The notes under the pieces were generated by a model, which did not search any database, had not been told where the DNA came from, and saw only the letters and a program-made list of their open reading frames with translations. Positions 14,026 through 27,119 of a DNA stretch of 64,000 nucleotides are shown one piece after another; position 1 is the stretch's first letter; every line of letters starts with the position of its first letter. The DNA is from Camelus ferus (Eukaryota): the NCBI RefSeq assembly GCF_009834535.1, contig NC_045696.1, forward strand, positions 108,192,001 through 108,256,000, given 5' to 3'. A program made the translations under genes and the position numbers.

Positions 14026-14181
14026 TAGACCAGCTATGTAATTTACAAAGCTCCCAGAATGAAAATGCAGGCAGGACTCCTTATTCAAAAATTATTAATG
14101 GTTTCAAGAAGGGAACACAGAGCATTGAACCAAGTCTTCTGAACACAGGGCCCTGTTCAACTGCCCGTGAAGCCAGCCCTG
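14026..14181 (-). mobile_element. MER45A (hAT-Tip100 MITE)
   Basis: aatgaaaatgcagg ... ttattcaaaaattatta ... acagggccctgt ... gaagccagccctg, with perfect 8-bp TSD ACTATAAA at 14018-14025 and 14182-14189. Confidence 0.85.
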
Positions 14182-14963
14182 ACTATAAATAGGGAAGCAG
14201 GGACCTCAGTGACTCAAAGGTGTCCTCCACTAGACCTCTCTACTCTTCACACTGGTACCACCAGCCCTTGGGCACCAAAAAGGGTGGGCAGAGGGGAAAG
14301 GAGGGAAAAGCACATGCAGAAATCACGTCATGCCCTGCTTTGTCCTTCCTTCTCAGTTATCCCTTAGTCAGCTACGCATGCAGGGGTCTCCTATGACCCC
14401 AGGATCCTCTATTTATTCATGTGATCTCAAACATTGAATGAATGCAGTGCCGAACACTGTGCTGGAGACTGGAAACGCAGAGATGAACAAGACAAGGTAT
14501 TCGTCCTTGAGAAGATGAGAGAACTTGACTTTTATCTGAGAAATGGCAGAGTTGCAAGACTTTATGCACTAAAATAGGGGAATGTGAGTTGTCATTTTTA
14601 ATACAGAATAAAATATCAGCTCAGTTGACATCAGTTTATCATTTTTCCAGGAGGAAGACCACAGGAAAAGGCACAAATCCTTTAGTAAGAGAGCTGTCTT
14701 TATTTCTCAGTGGTTTTTGGTGGGCAGGGAAAGGTGAATTGACCATAACAGGTCAAGACTCTAGGACTTGCAGGGGAAGGGGCCTCTGATGAGGAACGGG
14801 CTCAGCGACTTCCTAGAACTTGACTCCTAGCACTTGTGCAAGATGCCTTTTGTGAAATGCGAAACAATGGCCACCAAGTGGCCTCCTTGGGGTGACCTCC
14901 TCCCCGGGCAGCAGTCCTGGGGGCTGGGTAGGAGTGTGGGGAGGGTAGTTTTATGTAAATAGG

Positions 14964-14973
14964 CCTATATAGG
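14964..14973. promoter_or_regulatory. Perfect palindromic CArG box (SRF consensus CC(A/T)6GG)
   Basis: CCTATATAGG in unique sequence. The motif is certain; function is unknown. Confidence 0.4.
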
Positions 14974-16649
14974 GAAATGGCCCAGTCAACTTGACTTGAT
15001 CATAAAGTGTCTTATCAGACAAGCCCTAGAAGGGAAAACGGTCCATTTTGTATCTTTAACAAGTCCTCAGTTCCTTTTACCTCCTTTTCCTGAGGAAGGG
15101 GTGTATCTCCAAGTCCGCGAAGAATAAACCTCATGGTTTCTGGCTTCTGTTTTTTTTTTTTTTTTGCTTTGTATTTCATTGTGACAGACTTCCTCTTTCC
15201 CCTTCTGCGAATCTTAACTAGAATACAACAGATTTCTTTTGGGTATGGTTGAAAACATTCTGATTTTCATCTTTTCTGTAAATATTTTGAAGGGGGGCGG
15301 TAAAGACCATCTTTAAAGGCTGCTCTTAGAAATATTTTCTCTTAAACTATGTTTAAACATATTAAACTCAATAAATCGTCTAAGGACAAAGCTGTTGGTT
15401 TTTCTACATGAAGAAGGTCAAATAAACGGTCAAGTTGCAGGTTGGAATATAGCATACGGGTTTGGTTTGCTGCATGACCTGGATAAGTGGGGGTTCTGGT
15501 AACAAACGCACCACTCCATCCATAGTGCATTTCAACATGATATGCAGATTTGTTTTTCCCTGGCCTTAGGTGGAATTTTGAATAAATTCGTACTCCTTTT
15601 ATTTTTTTTTTAGGTCACTCTCAGATGACCATGTGTCCTCTGACTAGTTTTAGTCTCCAGGAAGTTCTCATTTCCGTAACTAAAACATCCGATCCAGTGC
15701 CCTAATTATGTAATTCCACACTCTCATCAAGCTTAAACATCTTCCCCCAGGCTGCTCTGAGCTGGGGCGCCTGGAGTGGGGTTGGGGACCTCAACTGCTT
15801 CTTTTCTCTTTGCATTATTGGGTTGTTGCTATGATTATGTGGACTGGTTATCGATCACGATTCTGCACTCCTTCCCTCTGCCATGTGTGTTCCTTCAGGG
15901 CCTTAGAATGGACAGAGTGTCCTTTGTCCCCCTGTTGACCTTGGACTCGACAATGGAACTGTGGTAGCTATGACCTAAGTGGAGCTCGATAGGTGCCTGA
16001 GTGGTATGGCTTGGTCTCTTGCACTCTTGTGGTTGAAGGTCATGCCTCAGTCATCCACCATCCCTGCAGCCAGAATGTAGGCAGATTAATGATAGCTTAG
16101 CACACCTTACCAAAGCCTTGGATGTCAGCCTTTGGATTGCGAGGATAACTGACATTAAATGTGTTTCTCTTCTCTCTTTGGGACCTCAGGATGAATTGAA
16201 ATAAACATAATTCCATTTTTACATCCTGATGCATAATATGTAATGTCTACTGTGAAACTGAGAAGAAGTGTAGAGGCACACTGCACATGATTTATGTGCT
16301 GCACCCTGCCCCGTGCCGGGCACGTGGTGAGCACCCCATACACGGAAACCTACTATGGTTATGAGTACTGTTGGTTGACACTTTTTTCCTGCAGAAATGG
16401 AAGTAATCAAGGACTTTTTTGAAGCTACAGTTTGTGAGTAAAGAGGATGACGACGAGGGGTTTCCTAGCTTTGAAAACTATTCTGAGTACCTCAAATGCT
16501 GCTGATTGCATTTCTCACTGGGCATGAATCCAGAGCTGAGGACTGGAGAGATGGAAGGTGCGCACAGCCTACAAGTGGTCAATGCTACTACTGTGAGGGT
16601 TTTTGTGTTTTATCTGTGGGCTCTTTGTTTATTCCCAGAACATCCAGTA

Positions 16650-17600
16650 CGTGCCTGAGTTGGATACCTTCCCTTTGCCCCTTCAAATCCACTCTCTGCC
16701 CTTTTCAGTTTTAGTCTTGATCCAGGGAGGCTGACCTGTATGGGCTGCATCAGCTGGGCTCCCTGTCACTGGGCTCTCAAAAGGTTCAGCCCCTGGAGAT
16801 GATTCAAGGCAAGCAGAGAGGGTGTTTATTTCCCTGGCTTTCTCCCTACTGATCTGGAGTCTGCCTCATTCCTTTTCTAAAGACCACAGCTCCTGCCGGG
16901 CAGTTCTCATAGAGCTGCCCTCCCTCTGTTTCTATAACCACCGCCTCCCTTTGCCCCTGCAGTCTGGGGAGCGCTAAATGCTCCCTGCTTCTGCTGGTCC
17001 CAGGCTACCGCGTTGTGTCTTATGATTTCTCTGAACCAGCGCTTCTCAATCCTGGCTGCACATTAGAATCATCTCAGGATGTTTAAAAAAAACCACTTCC
17101 AGCCTGATGCCCAGGCTGTGCTCTGGACCGGTGCTGTACAATCTGTTTGTAATCTTAGATTTTCAAGTAGCTGCATTATTAAAAGTAAAAAGAAATAGAT
17201 AAAATCAATTTCTATATTTCATTTCAACAAGAACTCATTCTATAGATTAATGAGATATTTTGCATTTTTTTTTCTACCTAGGCATCAAAATCTGGTGCAC
17301 AGCTTACACTTAAAACACAGCTCAGTTTGGACTAGCCACATTGCAAATTCTCAGGAGCCACATGTGGCTACCTTACTGGGTGGTAAAGCTCTAGATGAAC
17401 CGGATCAGATTCTCTGGGGGTGAGGCTTAGGCAGTGATAATATTTAAGACTCTCCAGGGTATTCAGTGTGTGGCAAGGTTGAGAACCACTGGCCACATCT
17501 TTGTAAACAAGCCCTTTATTGAACTCTCTTCAGATCGCCTCACTGGAGAAGGCCGTCTACTTGGTGCTTCTGCCCAGCCCGGGCTGGGACTATGCAGATG
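16650..17600 (+). mobile_element. LTR33-like ERVL LTR interrupted by MER5A (~17037-17492), itself interrupted by MER33 (~17128-17392)
   Basis: LTR33-like ccagggaggctgacctgtatgggctgcatca and tail ccctttattgaactctcttcaga. MER5A ends cagcgcttctcaa...gttgagaaccactg. MER33-like aaaagtaaaaagaaatag...tttggactagccacatt. Confidence 0.7.
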
Positions 17601-17869
17601 CTTATGCCTGCCCTGTGGGAGCCTCCAGTGCTGAGCAGAAGACAAGTCACCGTGAGGGGCAGGGCTGGATGATCCCATGGGCAGATCAGACCCACCTTTA
17701 GAACACCAGCAGAGGGGGCATCACCGAAGTGAGAAAGTGGGGGAAATGCAAATTTCATTGGAATTCCTTACACTTTATCTTTGGGAATCCTATACTGTGT
17801 GTAAATGAGTGCAGCACAGGGTGGAGGGCTGGATACCATAATCATTTTTTGTGCCTAAACGCTGATCCA

Positions 17870-18046
17870 GTCTGGGCAGCTGGTTACATAGTCCATGTAA
17901 ATGAATCAGTTGGCCTTTGGTTGGTAAGAAAAGGCTTTTGTGAGTTGGCTGGGGTGAGTCAGACCCAGGACTACCTTTGCAGCGCTGACAATGCTGAGGC
18001 TCTGATCCTGGTAACAAGGCGCAGCCTCTGGGATGTGTGAATTAAT
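17870..18046 (+). repeat. Copy A of a ~170-bp diverged direct duplication
   Basis: Aligns by eye to 20185-20359 at roughly 80% identity. Confidence 0.92.
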
Positions 18047-18391
18047 CCTCTGATACCTGCCAGAGCTCTGAAGGGGAGAAGCTTGTGGGAACCCGCAGGA
18101 GGGAGGGCACCTCATCTCCTTTTTCCAGTTCAAACCAGTAATCGGTCAATTTGAATCCATGAATTTCTTTGTCTCACTTGGCCCCTGTGCCCCAGTTGGC
18201 TCCAACACAGAACCCTCAACTCCTCCCCACAATCTTGTTATGTACTTTCTGGGCCTATCAGTTTTTAAAAAATCACTCTGAGTCCTTGCAATCTCTTAGG
18301 GAAATCATTTTCAACCTGACTGTCTGGATCTCCTCTGGGCACAGATCTTGGTTTGCTAAGCACCAGGTATGTCTAAGCGAAAGAGACTTTT

Positions 18392-18505
18392 TAGGGTGAT
18401 CAGTTTATCCTGGTTTGCTGGGGACTTTCCTGGTTTCAGCACTGCAAGTCCCATATCCAGGGCATCTCATCAGTCCTGGGCGAACTGGGACAGTTGGTTC
18501 CCCTG
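18392..18505 (+). mobile_element. MER81 (hAT-Blackjack MITE)
   Basis: tagggtgatcagtttatcctggtttgc ... gggacagttggttcccct, ~114 bp with TIRs. Confidence 0.8.
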
Positions 18506-18959
18506 TATGGCACCCACTTCCTGGCCGCTCTGTCCTGTTTCACCTGCAGCAGCCAGAGGGGCACGAGGTCCTGAGATGCTCCGGGACAGTGAGCAGGGAA
18601 CAGAGGTCCTCTTCTGCGGCAGCTCAGACTTTGATGAGGAAGTGAACCAGGCTAAGAGCCACTGGCCAGAAATGCTGTGGACTCAGCCAATTGGTTGACC
18701 CCGGCCCTCTGGCTGGTTCAGATGCCTCTCCCTCCAGTGCTCCCACGATGCTTAGCCATGGTGGGCGATGCTGCAATGGTCTTTTTTTCTTTGCAATCAC
18801 AGCAACCAGTGAGTTCTGTGAGGAGACTGTTCAATATTTCTCTCTCTTAGTTTTAAAAGTGGGATCCAGGGCCAGGGAAGCTCCAGAGAATGTTCTGAGC
18901 CCTGGCTGCATATCTGAGCCACCTGGGAACTTTAAACAAGTTCTTAAAGGTAGAGGGTG

Positions 18960-19325
18960 ACAGTTTGATCAGAAACAGGGTATTAACACAATCTTTAAGT
19001 TGTCTCTCCACAAGACACTATGATATAAAGAGAGAAGTAGAAACATTACAGTGGAGAAGCCAACGGGCACCACCTTAACCAGGTGATGAAAGTTAACATC
19101 TTGGTATGGGACAAGTTGATGTCATGGGCCTCCTAATATGACACCTGAGCAGGACACACCATGGTTTCTGTGATATTTCTGCCCCCCAAATGTGTAACTT
19201 GAATCTAATAATGGGAACATCAGACAAACTTCAATCTGAAGGACATTTTGCAAAAGACTTGGCCTGTGACCCTCAAAAAGGTTGATGTTGTGATAGACAA
19301 AGACAAAGAAAGATTAAGGATTAGA
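18960..19325 (+). mobile_element. Old L1M (L1MC/MD-type) 3' fragment
   Basis: acattacagtggagaagcc ... ttgaatctaataatggg ... gacaaagaaagattaagga. Confidence 0.65.
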
Positions 19326-20184
19326 GTGTCTCTGGCCTCATCTACACAAGGAGGAGGTGAAAACAGATGACCCATGCGTTGTCCCATTTGAAGGGAAGGT
19401 GTCTCAGAACGTATGTAGCAGAGTTTAAAAGTGAGGGGTGCCTCTATGGTCGACTCAGGTCAGGCCAGCTCAGTGTCTGCACCACTTGGTAGGTTTGTCT
19501 CCAGAATCCAACAGAGGCCCCTGGCTGTCCTAGCCAATGAGCCTACCCACTCCTGCCTCAGGGCCTTTGCACCAGCTGTTCCCGCTGTTTGGAGTGCCCT
19601 TCTCCAGACATTTGCACACATTGTCAGCCCCATGTTCAATCTTCTCTGGCCACCCACGTCATCTAAAATTGAGCCCCCACCTTGATAGTCTCTGCTCTCC
19701 TCTGTATTCTTCCTTGTAATCCATCACTTATTTATTGTCAGTCTATCCCCGTTAGAATACAGAATATCACATTCTCCTCCTACAGTGACTGGCATACTTA
19801 TGGACATGGATTCCAATCAGAGTCACTAAGAAAAAATGAGGTTTTGCTGGAATATTGTGAGACAGACACATTCTATGTTTCAGTTGATCTTAAGCCGAGG
19901 CTATGAGCCTGGCTTTGCTGAATATCCTAATGCAGCTCATTTAGCAGAAGCCAGAGCCAAAAAGTAGTGTGGCTCAAGCTGGAAGGCATGATTTGAGCTC
20001 CCAGATCAAGACAGACCTACAGCCAGACCCACTCAAATGCGCTATGTGAACCAATACTACCTTTGCTTCGGTCAGTTTGAGCTGGACTTTCTATTACTGG
20101 TTCTACCTGATATATAGAGCAACCCACTGGTTCTAATTTGTATTCCCATGTCTCTGCTTGTAGGAAACGAGCACTGATCGAAAT

Positions 20185-20359
20185 GTCTGGGCAGCTGGTT
20201 ACATAGTAAATGGATTGATTGGCCTTTGGTTGGTGAAAACAGGCTTTCGTGTGTTGGTTGGGGTCAGTCAGGCCCAAGATCACTTTTGCAGTGCTGACAA
20301 GGTTGAGGTTTCTGGTCCTGGTAGCAAGGCACAGCCTCTGGGGTGTCAGCACTAATTAA
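20185..20359 (+). repeat. Copy B of the ~170-bp diverged direct duplication
   Basis: Aligns to 17870-18046. Confidence 0.92.
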
Positions 20360-20504
20360 GGCCCATGGATGCATGACACAATGGGAGGCCTTGAGTGGCC
20401 CTCTCTGTAGTCATCTTTGCAGTAGGCATTTATGCCTGGAATACACAAATGGTGTGTAGATTGATGCCAGGCTGCCCGTATTAGGCTCATCAGCAGAGAT
20501 ATTT

Positions 20505-21046
20505 AGTGGATTGATGGCAAAAATGTCCCCAGTGTTCACCCTGTGTTCACCCTATGTTCACCCATGCTTCTTGCAGTGGGACTTCGCAGCTCCTCCCAAG
20601 AAGAGGTAGAGTCTGTTCCCTTTGCCCATGAATCTGAGTTGGCCTTATGACTTGCTTTGCCAGTAGAATGAGATGGAAATGGCTGTGTGCCTGTTTTAGG
20701 CTTAAGCTTTAAGAAGTCTTGCTTGCTTTAGCTCTGAAAACTCTGTGAACAAGCTCAGGCTAGCCTGCTGGAAGAGGAGAGAGCATTGGGACAGGAGCCC
20801 AGTAGTCCCAGTTAAGCTCATCATAGACCAACCTTAGCGAACCCATCCCCCCAGATGAGAGGGCCCACTCTAGGTCAGCAGAACCACCTACCCAAACTAC
20901 AGGCATCACAGACGCAGGAGTGAGCTGGGCTGAGGCCAGGACGACTGCTCAGCTGACCTGTAGATTCATGAGAAAGAATAAATGCTTACTGCTTTAAGCC
21001 ACTGGGTTTTGGGGTGGTTTGTTATGTAGTAATAGCTAACTAATAT
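20505..21046 (+). mobile_element. MLT1F/G-type MaLR LTR
   Basis: cagctcctcccaagaagaggtagagtctgttccc ... aataaatgcttactgctttaagccactgggttttggggtggtttgttatgtagtaatagctaactaata. Confidence 0.85.
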
Positions 21047-21984
21047 TACTTGTTAAAAGCTCTTATTCTCAGGCCCTCTCATCTTGAAATTCTAATTCCA
21101 TTAGCTTGGGGTAGGACGTTTGAATCTGTATTTTTAAAAAATTTTGATGTCGTTGCCCACACAGGCTCTGGAAGCAATTATTAACACACCTCCCGCCTGG
21201 AAGTCCTGCAGGTGTATTATGTACACGGGCCCCCAGCGTTTTCAGCCAGACTTTCAACAGCTTGTCCCAGGCCCTGTTTTGAAATGATTGGTAAGCTCCA
21301 GCAGTGGCAGACTTCGTGGGCGAGGAGGTCCTGAGATGTGGGCGAGAAGGGAGTCCGGGGAATCCCTGCAGCTGCCGCAGAAGACATGGAGGGAAAAAAA
21401 ACAGCATCAAGGTTTCTGGCCACTCAATTTGAACTCTATTAAATGAAAGACAGGTCCTTTGAGAGAGGTGTTTGTTCTGGATTTGGCTGGGCTCTGCTCA
21501 GAGAATGGCCTGTGGGGACAGATCTGTCACAGGCAGGCAGGTGCCTGGTTTGAGACGGAGGACACTCTGCAGCCTGTTTGCGAGCCAGCCAATTTCCTAA
21601 TTGAAGGTGAGCCTGATCTGAGAACTCCGGGTCTCTGCAGGGTGGGCCACTCAACCCGGTCTTTGCATGAGGTCATCACCGACGGTGTGTCTGCCTTCCT
21701 GCACACTGGCTGTGCTTGTTTCATTCTGGCCCCTTCCATCTGGCCCAGTGGGGAGCCGAGGGATGATGTCAGGGTCCCCCACATCTGTGCAATGACAAAC
21801 AAGCAACAAAGTAAAGCTCCAGTTCACAGAGGCTCGCTGTCTGTCTTTCCACGGGGTTTATTTCATTCTGAGACGGTTCTGACCACACCAAAGTTCCTGA
21901 TGCAATTAATGGTGGAACCCTGCAGAAGGCGATCGGTGAGCAATGCAAGAGAAAAAGGCCATCCCTGTTATTTAAGCATCGATC

Positions 21985-24725
21985 TAGAAGCATCAGCTAA
22001 TGCAATTACAAGAAAAAAAGAAATAAGTATCAGTATTCGAAAGGAGAAAACAGAATTATCATTATATGCCATTGATACCATCATGTACAAACCAGAAAAA
22101 TTGATAGGAGGAGTATTAGAAGCAATCAAAGAATTATATGATGGCTAGTTATAAAATCAATATATAAAAATCAATTGCTTTAATACCTTTAACTTTTTAT
22201 TGTGAAATGTATCACATATACAAAAGTATATGTGTGTATCTATATAATTCATATATATATATACACATAATTTAAAATTAAGGAAGTGACCAATACTCTG
22301 ATCCCACCCCATCCCTGTCCAGAAATATCCCATTAATCATTGCCTTGCTTTATTGCTTTACAACGTTCCCACAACTGCCTGGGTCCCACAACTGCCTGGG
22401 TCCCACATGCGTGTATTACTAGTTCTGCTATTTTTGATTAGCTTCTTCCACTTATCATTACGTTTCTGAATCATCCAAGCTGGTTGTGTAGCTATAGTCT
22501 GTTCATTTTCTTTGCTCTATGGTATTTCATCATGTGATGTATGGCATCCTTTCTCGGAAATTCTGAAAGTAAAAAACGTGACATGAACGGATGTTTGTGG
22601 CATTTATTGATCCAATTTAGTGTGAAAACTCATACTTTTCCTTCAGAAAATGTTATGTGTTTGAATTTGGGGCGTTGCATCATATATGTATATGTGTATA
22701 TGTATATACATGCATACATGTCGTATGTGTATACGTTTATACATGTGTAAATATACATATTCTATTGTCTTTTTAATTGAAATTTTAAAAACTCACTGTG
22801 AGTCTTTTGGATAAAAGATTATTGATCTATATTATAATTTATTCATCCATTCCCATGTTGGTGGATATTTGAGTTGTGGACCAGTTGCTATGAATATTCT
22901 TGCACATGGCTTTTGGTGCATGTGTGCAAGAGTTTCTCTAGGGTATAGATCTAGGAATGGAAATGCTGGGTTATGCACATGTTCAGCTTTGAAAACTCCA
23001 TGGTCAAAGACGACAGAGCCAATTTTCACATCTACTGACAGTATACAAGAGTTCCCTTTGCTCCACATTCTCATCAGCATTTAGTGCTATTAGACTTTAA
23101 AATTTCTTCAGTCTGCTGAAGGAATATTTGTATATCCGTGGGGTTTAAATTTTTATTTCTCTGGTTACTAATGAGCTTGGGAATCTTTCCACGGGCTCAT
23201 AGACCCTTGAGAGTTCATTCTTCGTGAAATGTCTGGTGCATCTTTTGCTCATTTCACCACCAGGTTTTTGCCTTTTTCTAATTTATTTGTAAGAGTACTT
23301 TATATATTGAATATACAAATCTTTTATTGGTTATATATTCTACAATTATCTTCTTCCACTTGTGGCTTATTTTTTCTTTCTTGATGCTATCTGTTGATTA
23401 ACATAAATTTATTTATTTCAATTTATTTAACTTCAAGTTTAGTTTTCTTTTGGCATCTTAATAAATTTATTCCTACCTGAGGTCATAAAGACATTTTTCT
23501 TCCAAAGTTTTATAGTTTAACTTTCCAGTTGGAATTTTAATTTACTTGGAAATCAGTTTTGTATGTAGAATGAATTCAATGTTAAATTCCTTCCTTCCGT
23601 CTTCCCTTCTTTCCTTTCCTTTCCATGAAGATAACCCATTGATTCTGCTCTATTTATTAAAAAATCTTTCTTTTCCTCAGTGATTTACAGGATTACCTCT
23701 GTCATAAAGAATATATATATATGAATGGGTCTATTTCTGGGTTTTTGTACAGTTTCATTAGCCTATTTGTCTCTATCTGCATCAAAACCACATGTTATAA
23801 TTATCATAGTTTTGTAATAAATCTTGATATTTGGTTCTTCTTTAAGTGTATCTTAGATATTCTTGATTATTCTTACTTTGCATAAACTTTAGAGTCACAT
23901 ACACACATACACACACACAAACACAATGGGGAGAACTGAAATCTTTATAAAACTAAGTCTTCCAAACGATGAGTAAAGTGTCTCTTTTCATTAATTTAAA
24001 TCATATTTGCTGTCTTTCTATACAGTTTTATAATTTTCAACACAGAGATCTTAACACATTTTGTTAGGTACCTGATTTTTTTTTAATGCTATTGTAAGTA
24101 GTTGGTGTCTTTTAAAAATTTTAGTTTCTAACAGTTTATTGCTGGTGTACAGAAATGCAAATGATTTTGTAAATTGTTCTTTAAGCAACACAATGAACAG
24201 ACTTGACTTAATATAGATGTGTTTAGAAATCTTTACTAATTAATTGGAAATGCATCTTTTCCTCAAACACACACGAGCATTTACAAATATTGATACCATG
24301 TTCTAATTTGCCAAACAACTCAGAAATACCAATAAATCTATCATACACACAACGTTATATGTCCACAACTTAAACTTAGGATAGAAACTTGTGTCTTTGG
24401 AAAATTAAGACATATCTAAATTGATCGGAGGAAATACCATAAGGGGAAACAAAAACAATGCTACGTTGTTTAAAGTACAACATTGTGGTAGTGAAAATAC
24501 TATATATCAAAACTTCTTAGATAACTCAAACAGTACTTAAAGAGAAATTATATAAACATTAAAAAAACTTATATTAGAAAAAAGGCTTAATTTTAATTAT
24601 CTAAATGTCAACATTATACAAAATTAAGAACTTGGAAAAAGAACAACAGAACAAATACAAACAAAAAACAGAAGTACTGAGATAATAAAAAAATAAAATA
24701 AAATAAAAGCAAAAACGAAAGAAAC
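21985..24725. mobile_element. Cluster of old L1M fragments: ORF2 remnants on + at ~21985-22180 and ~24240-24725, and a 3' region on - at ~22190-24190
   Basis: L1 ORF2-like peptide LEASANAITRKKEISISIRKEKTELSLYAIDTIMY. The antisense 3' region includes agagtttctctagggtatagatctaggaatggaaatgctgggtta. Confidence 0.8.
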
Positions 24726-24924
24726 AGAAATCCTGAGCTACAGACTCAGGATTTGAATCCAGGCTATCTGCCCCCAGAGACCACACTGCAGACCACAGTC
24801 TTCATTATGTCTGACATATAGCATACCTCCTCCCACAAAATTGCCCAAAGAAAATACCAAACCATTAATAATGGTTTCTTATGGGCTTTGAAGATGAATG
24901 TAATTTTATTTTTTTTATTCTGTA

Positions 24925-25135
24925 TCTGTGCTGTCCAATATGGTAGCCACTAGCTACAAATAAATATTTAAACTTAAGTTAATTAAAATTAAATAAATAT
25001 GAAAATCAGTTCCTCAGTCTGGGTAGCTGCATTTCTAGTGTGCTCAATAGCCACAGGTGGCTAATGGTTACGTTACTGAACAGAGCAGATATAGAACAGT
25101 TCCATCATCACAGAAAGTTCTATTGGACAGTGTGC
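24925..25135. mobile_element. MER3 (hAT-Charlie MITE)
   Basis: ctgtgctgtccaatatggtagccactagc ... cagaaagttctattggacagtg. Confidence 0.85.
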
Positions 25136-26109
25136 GCTCTAGGGTTCAATAGTGCTTGAATTTTTTATAATAAATATGTATTCATGATGTACTTCTATAA
25201 TTAAATAAGAAGGATCGATGATAGAAAAAGAAAATTGTTCAAAGTGGAAATCTTTATTGCCCCCCTGTTAATTGACCATACTGTTTTTCCTTCTGCCCTC
25301 TGTAGTTGCTCAGGGTCTACCTCTCCTACCAATTGTCTCTTCACGTATTTAAAAGCAACACAATGCATGAATCAGTGAAAGGCTCATTAGGATAAAACCA
25401 TGACGGGTTTCCTGGAAATGTAGTGGCACCCACATAGAGCTACATTTATCTCTTGACTGAGAGCATTTAAATTGTGCATTGTTTTCAAGACCTGTTAATC
25501 AAATCACGTGCATTTTAAAAAGGCTTTCTTAGAAGCATGTTGGCAAAATATTGATAATATATTTTACTAAGGGTCAAGCTCATTGATTGAATATTTCTGT
25601 TAATTTTAAAGACGTCAAATGGGAAATTTTGTTTAAAAATTATCATTTCCATTTGTGGGATATGCAAAGAATCACAGTACCTTTGGACTAGAAAGAATGT
25701 CTTTATCACAAAGAGTCAGAATAGCTTCAGTCTCATCTAAGTCTTACAATAAAGTAAGAACTGGCAACGCTTAGTCTAGACATGACTAAGCATCGAATAA
25801 ATCACGCTCTGTCTTGTGAGGTACAGACTGGATTGATATGAGTGGCTACGGGTGGCAGGACTAGAACCAGTAGGGGAAAACCAACTGAAAAATATTTTAA
25901 CAATTTGAATTCCAACAATGAAATGAATCAACACACAATCTAATGAGCTCCCTTCTCTGGTGCCCTTTGGGGTTCAGGTAGAATTTCAAAGATTCAGGGT
26001 GCTGGGCAGAGGGTTTCTCTGTTGGAGAGGAGGCTAACAGAATGAACTTTTAACTGTTATATTCTCAAATCCTATGACTCTTTCTGAATTGTATACCCAT
26101 GAAACTGTC

Positions 26110-26512
26110 ACTAGTCATACTTATTATTCAGCTTAGGATAACTTCTTGTCTAATAATAAACAATCCTCAATCAGTGGCTTACTATTTTCTCCATCCACAT
26201 GGGGGTCAGTTCCATTGCAAATTAGCTATAGCTCTGCTCCACATTGTCTTCTTTTGGGGATCCAGAAAGAGGAATCAGTTCCTATCTGGGACATCACTGA
26301 TCTTATGGCAAAAAGTAAATAGAAATATGGCTGAGTCACATAATAACTTAGAATTTTCAGCTCTAAAGTGTCACATGTATGTCTCTTCCACTCACATCTG
26401 AATGGACAAGGCAAGTCGTATGGTCAAATCTGATGTCACTTGGGTGGGAATTATAATCCTCCTATAACGATGGGCAGCATATACTTGGGAGCAATAATAA
26501 AATCTACCACAC
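26110..26512 (-). mobile_element. MLT1-type MaLR LTR remnant
   Basis: cttccactcacatctgaatggacaaggcaagtcgtatggtcaaatctgatgtca ... aatctaccaca. Confidence 0.65.
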
Positions 26513-27119
26513 AAGTTAATGGAAAGGAGAAGTCAAATGTTAGTGGAAAATGAGTTGTGATGATAAAGGCACAAGTCAAATGGAAGTGAATGCCAGGATT
26601 AATTCTTCCCATTCTATCTATATTTCTCTTTCTTTCTTCCTTTCTTGCATACTTCATCCTTCATTCTTTACTCCCTCAAAGCACATCCAATTCTAGATAC
26701 TGAAATAAGTCTTGAGGAAACAGAGGTAAATAACATGAATACTTATCCTGGGTGAATTCAGTCTAATGCAAGTGTTATAAAAGGGTAAATTCATAGTTCT
26801 CTGAGTGTACAAAGGAAGGGCATCTAACACAGAATTTTGGAGAGAGATGAGTGATTTACAGAAGGCCTCCCAGAAAAGACCTTAATTGCAAACTGAGAGT
26901 GTAAAAAAAAATCACATTCCAGATGGAAGGGAACATATGCAAATATACAGATGTGGGAGAGGGCAGGGCTCTATCTGGAGACGTATCACTAGACATCTAT
27001 GGCTGACTGCTACCATATTGGACAACACAGAGACAAGTTAAGTGTGGATGGAACCTGGACCAGAGAAAGGAAGATTGAAGAAGAGCAAAGACAGATGAGG
27101 TCTTATATGATGACAACGT

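Noticed and set aside
21459..22148. 229-aa ORF
   Set aside because: There is no recognisable domain, and the C-terminal part is a decayed L1 ORF2 fragment.
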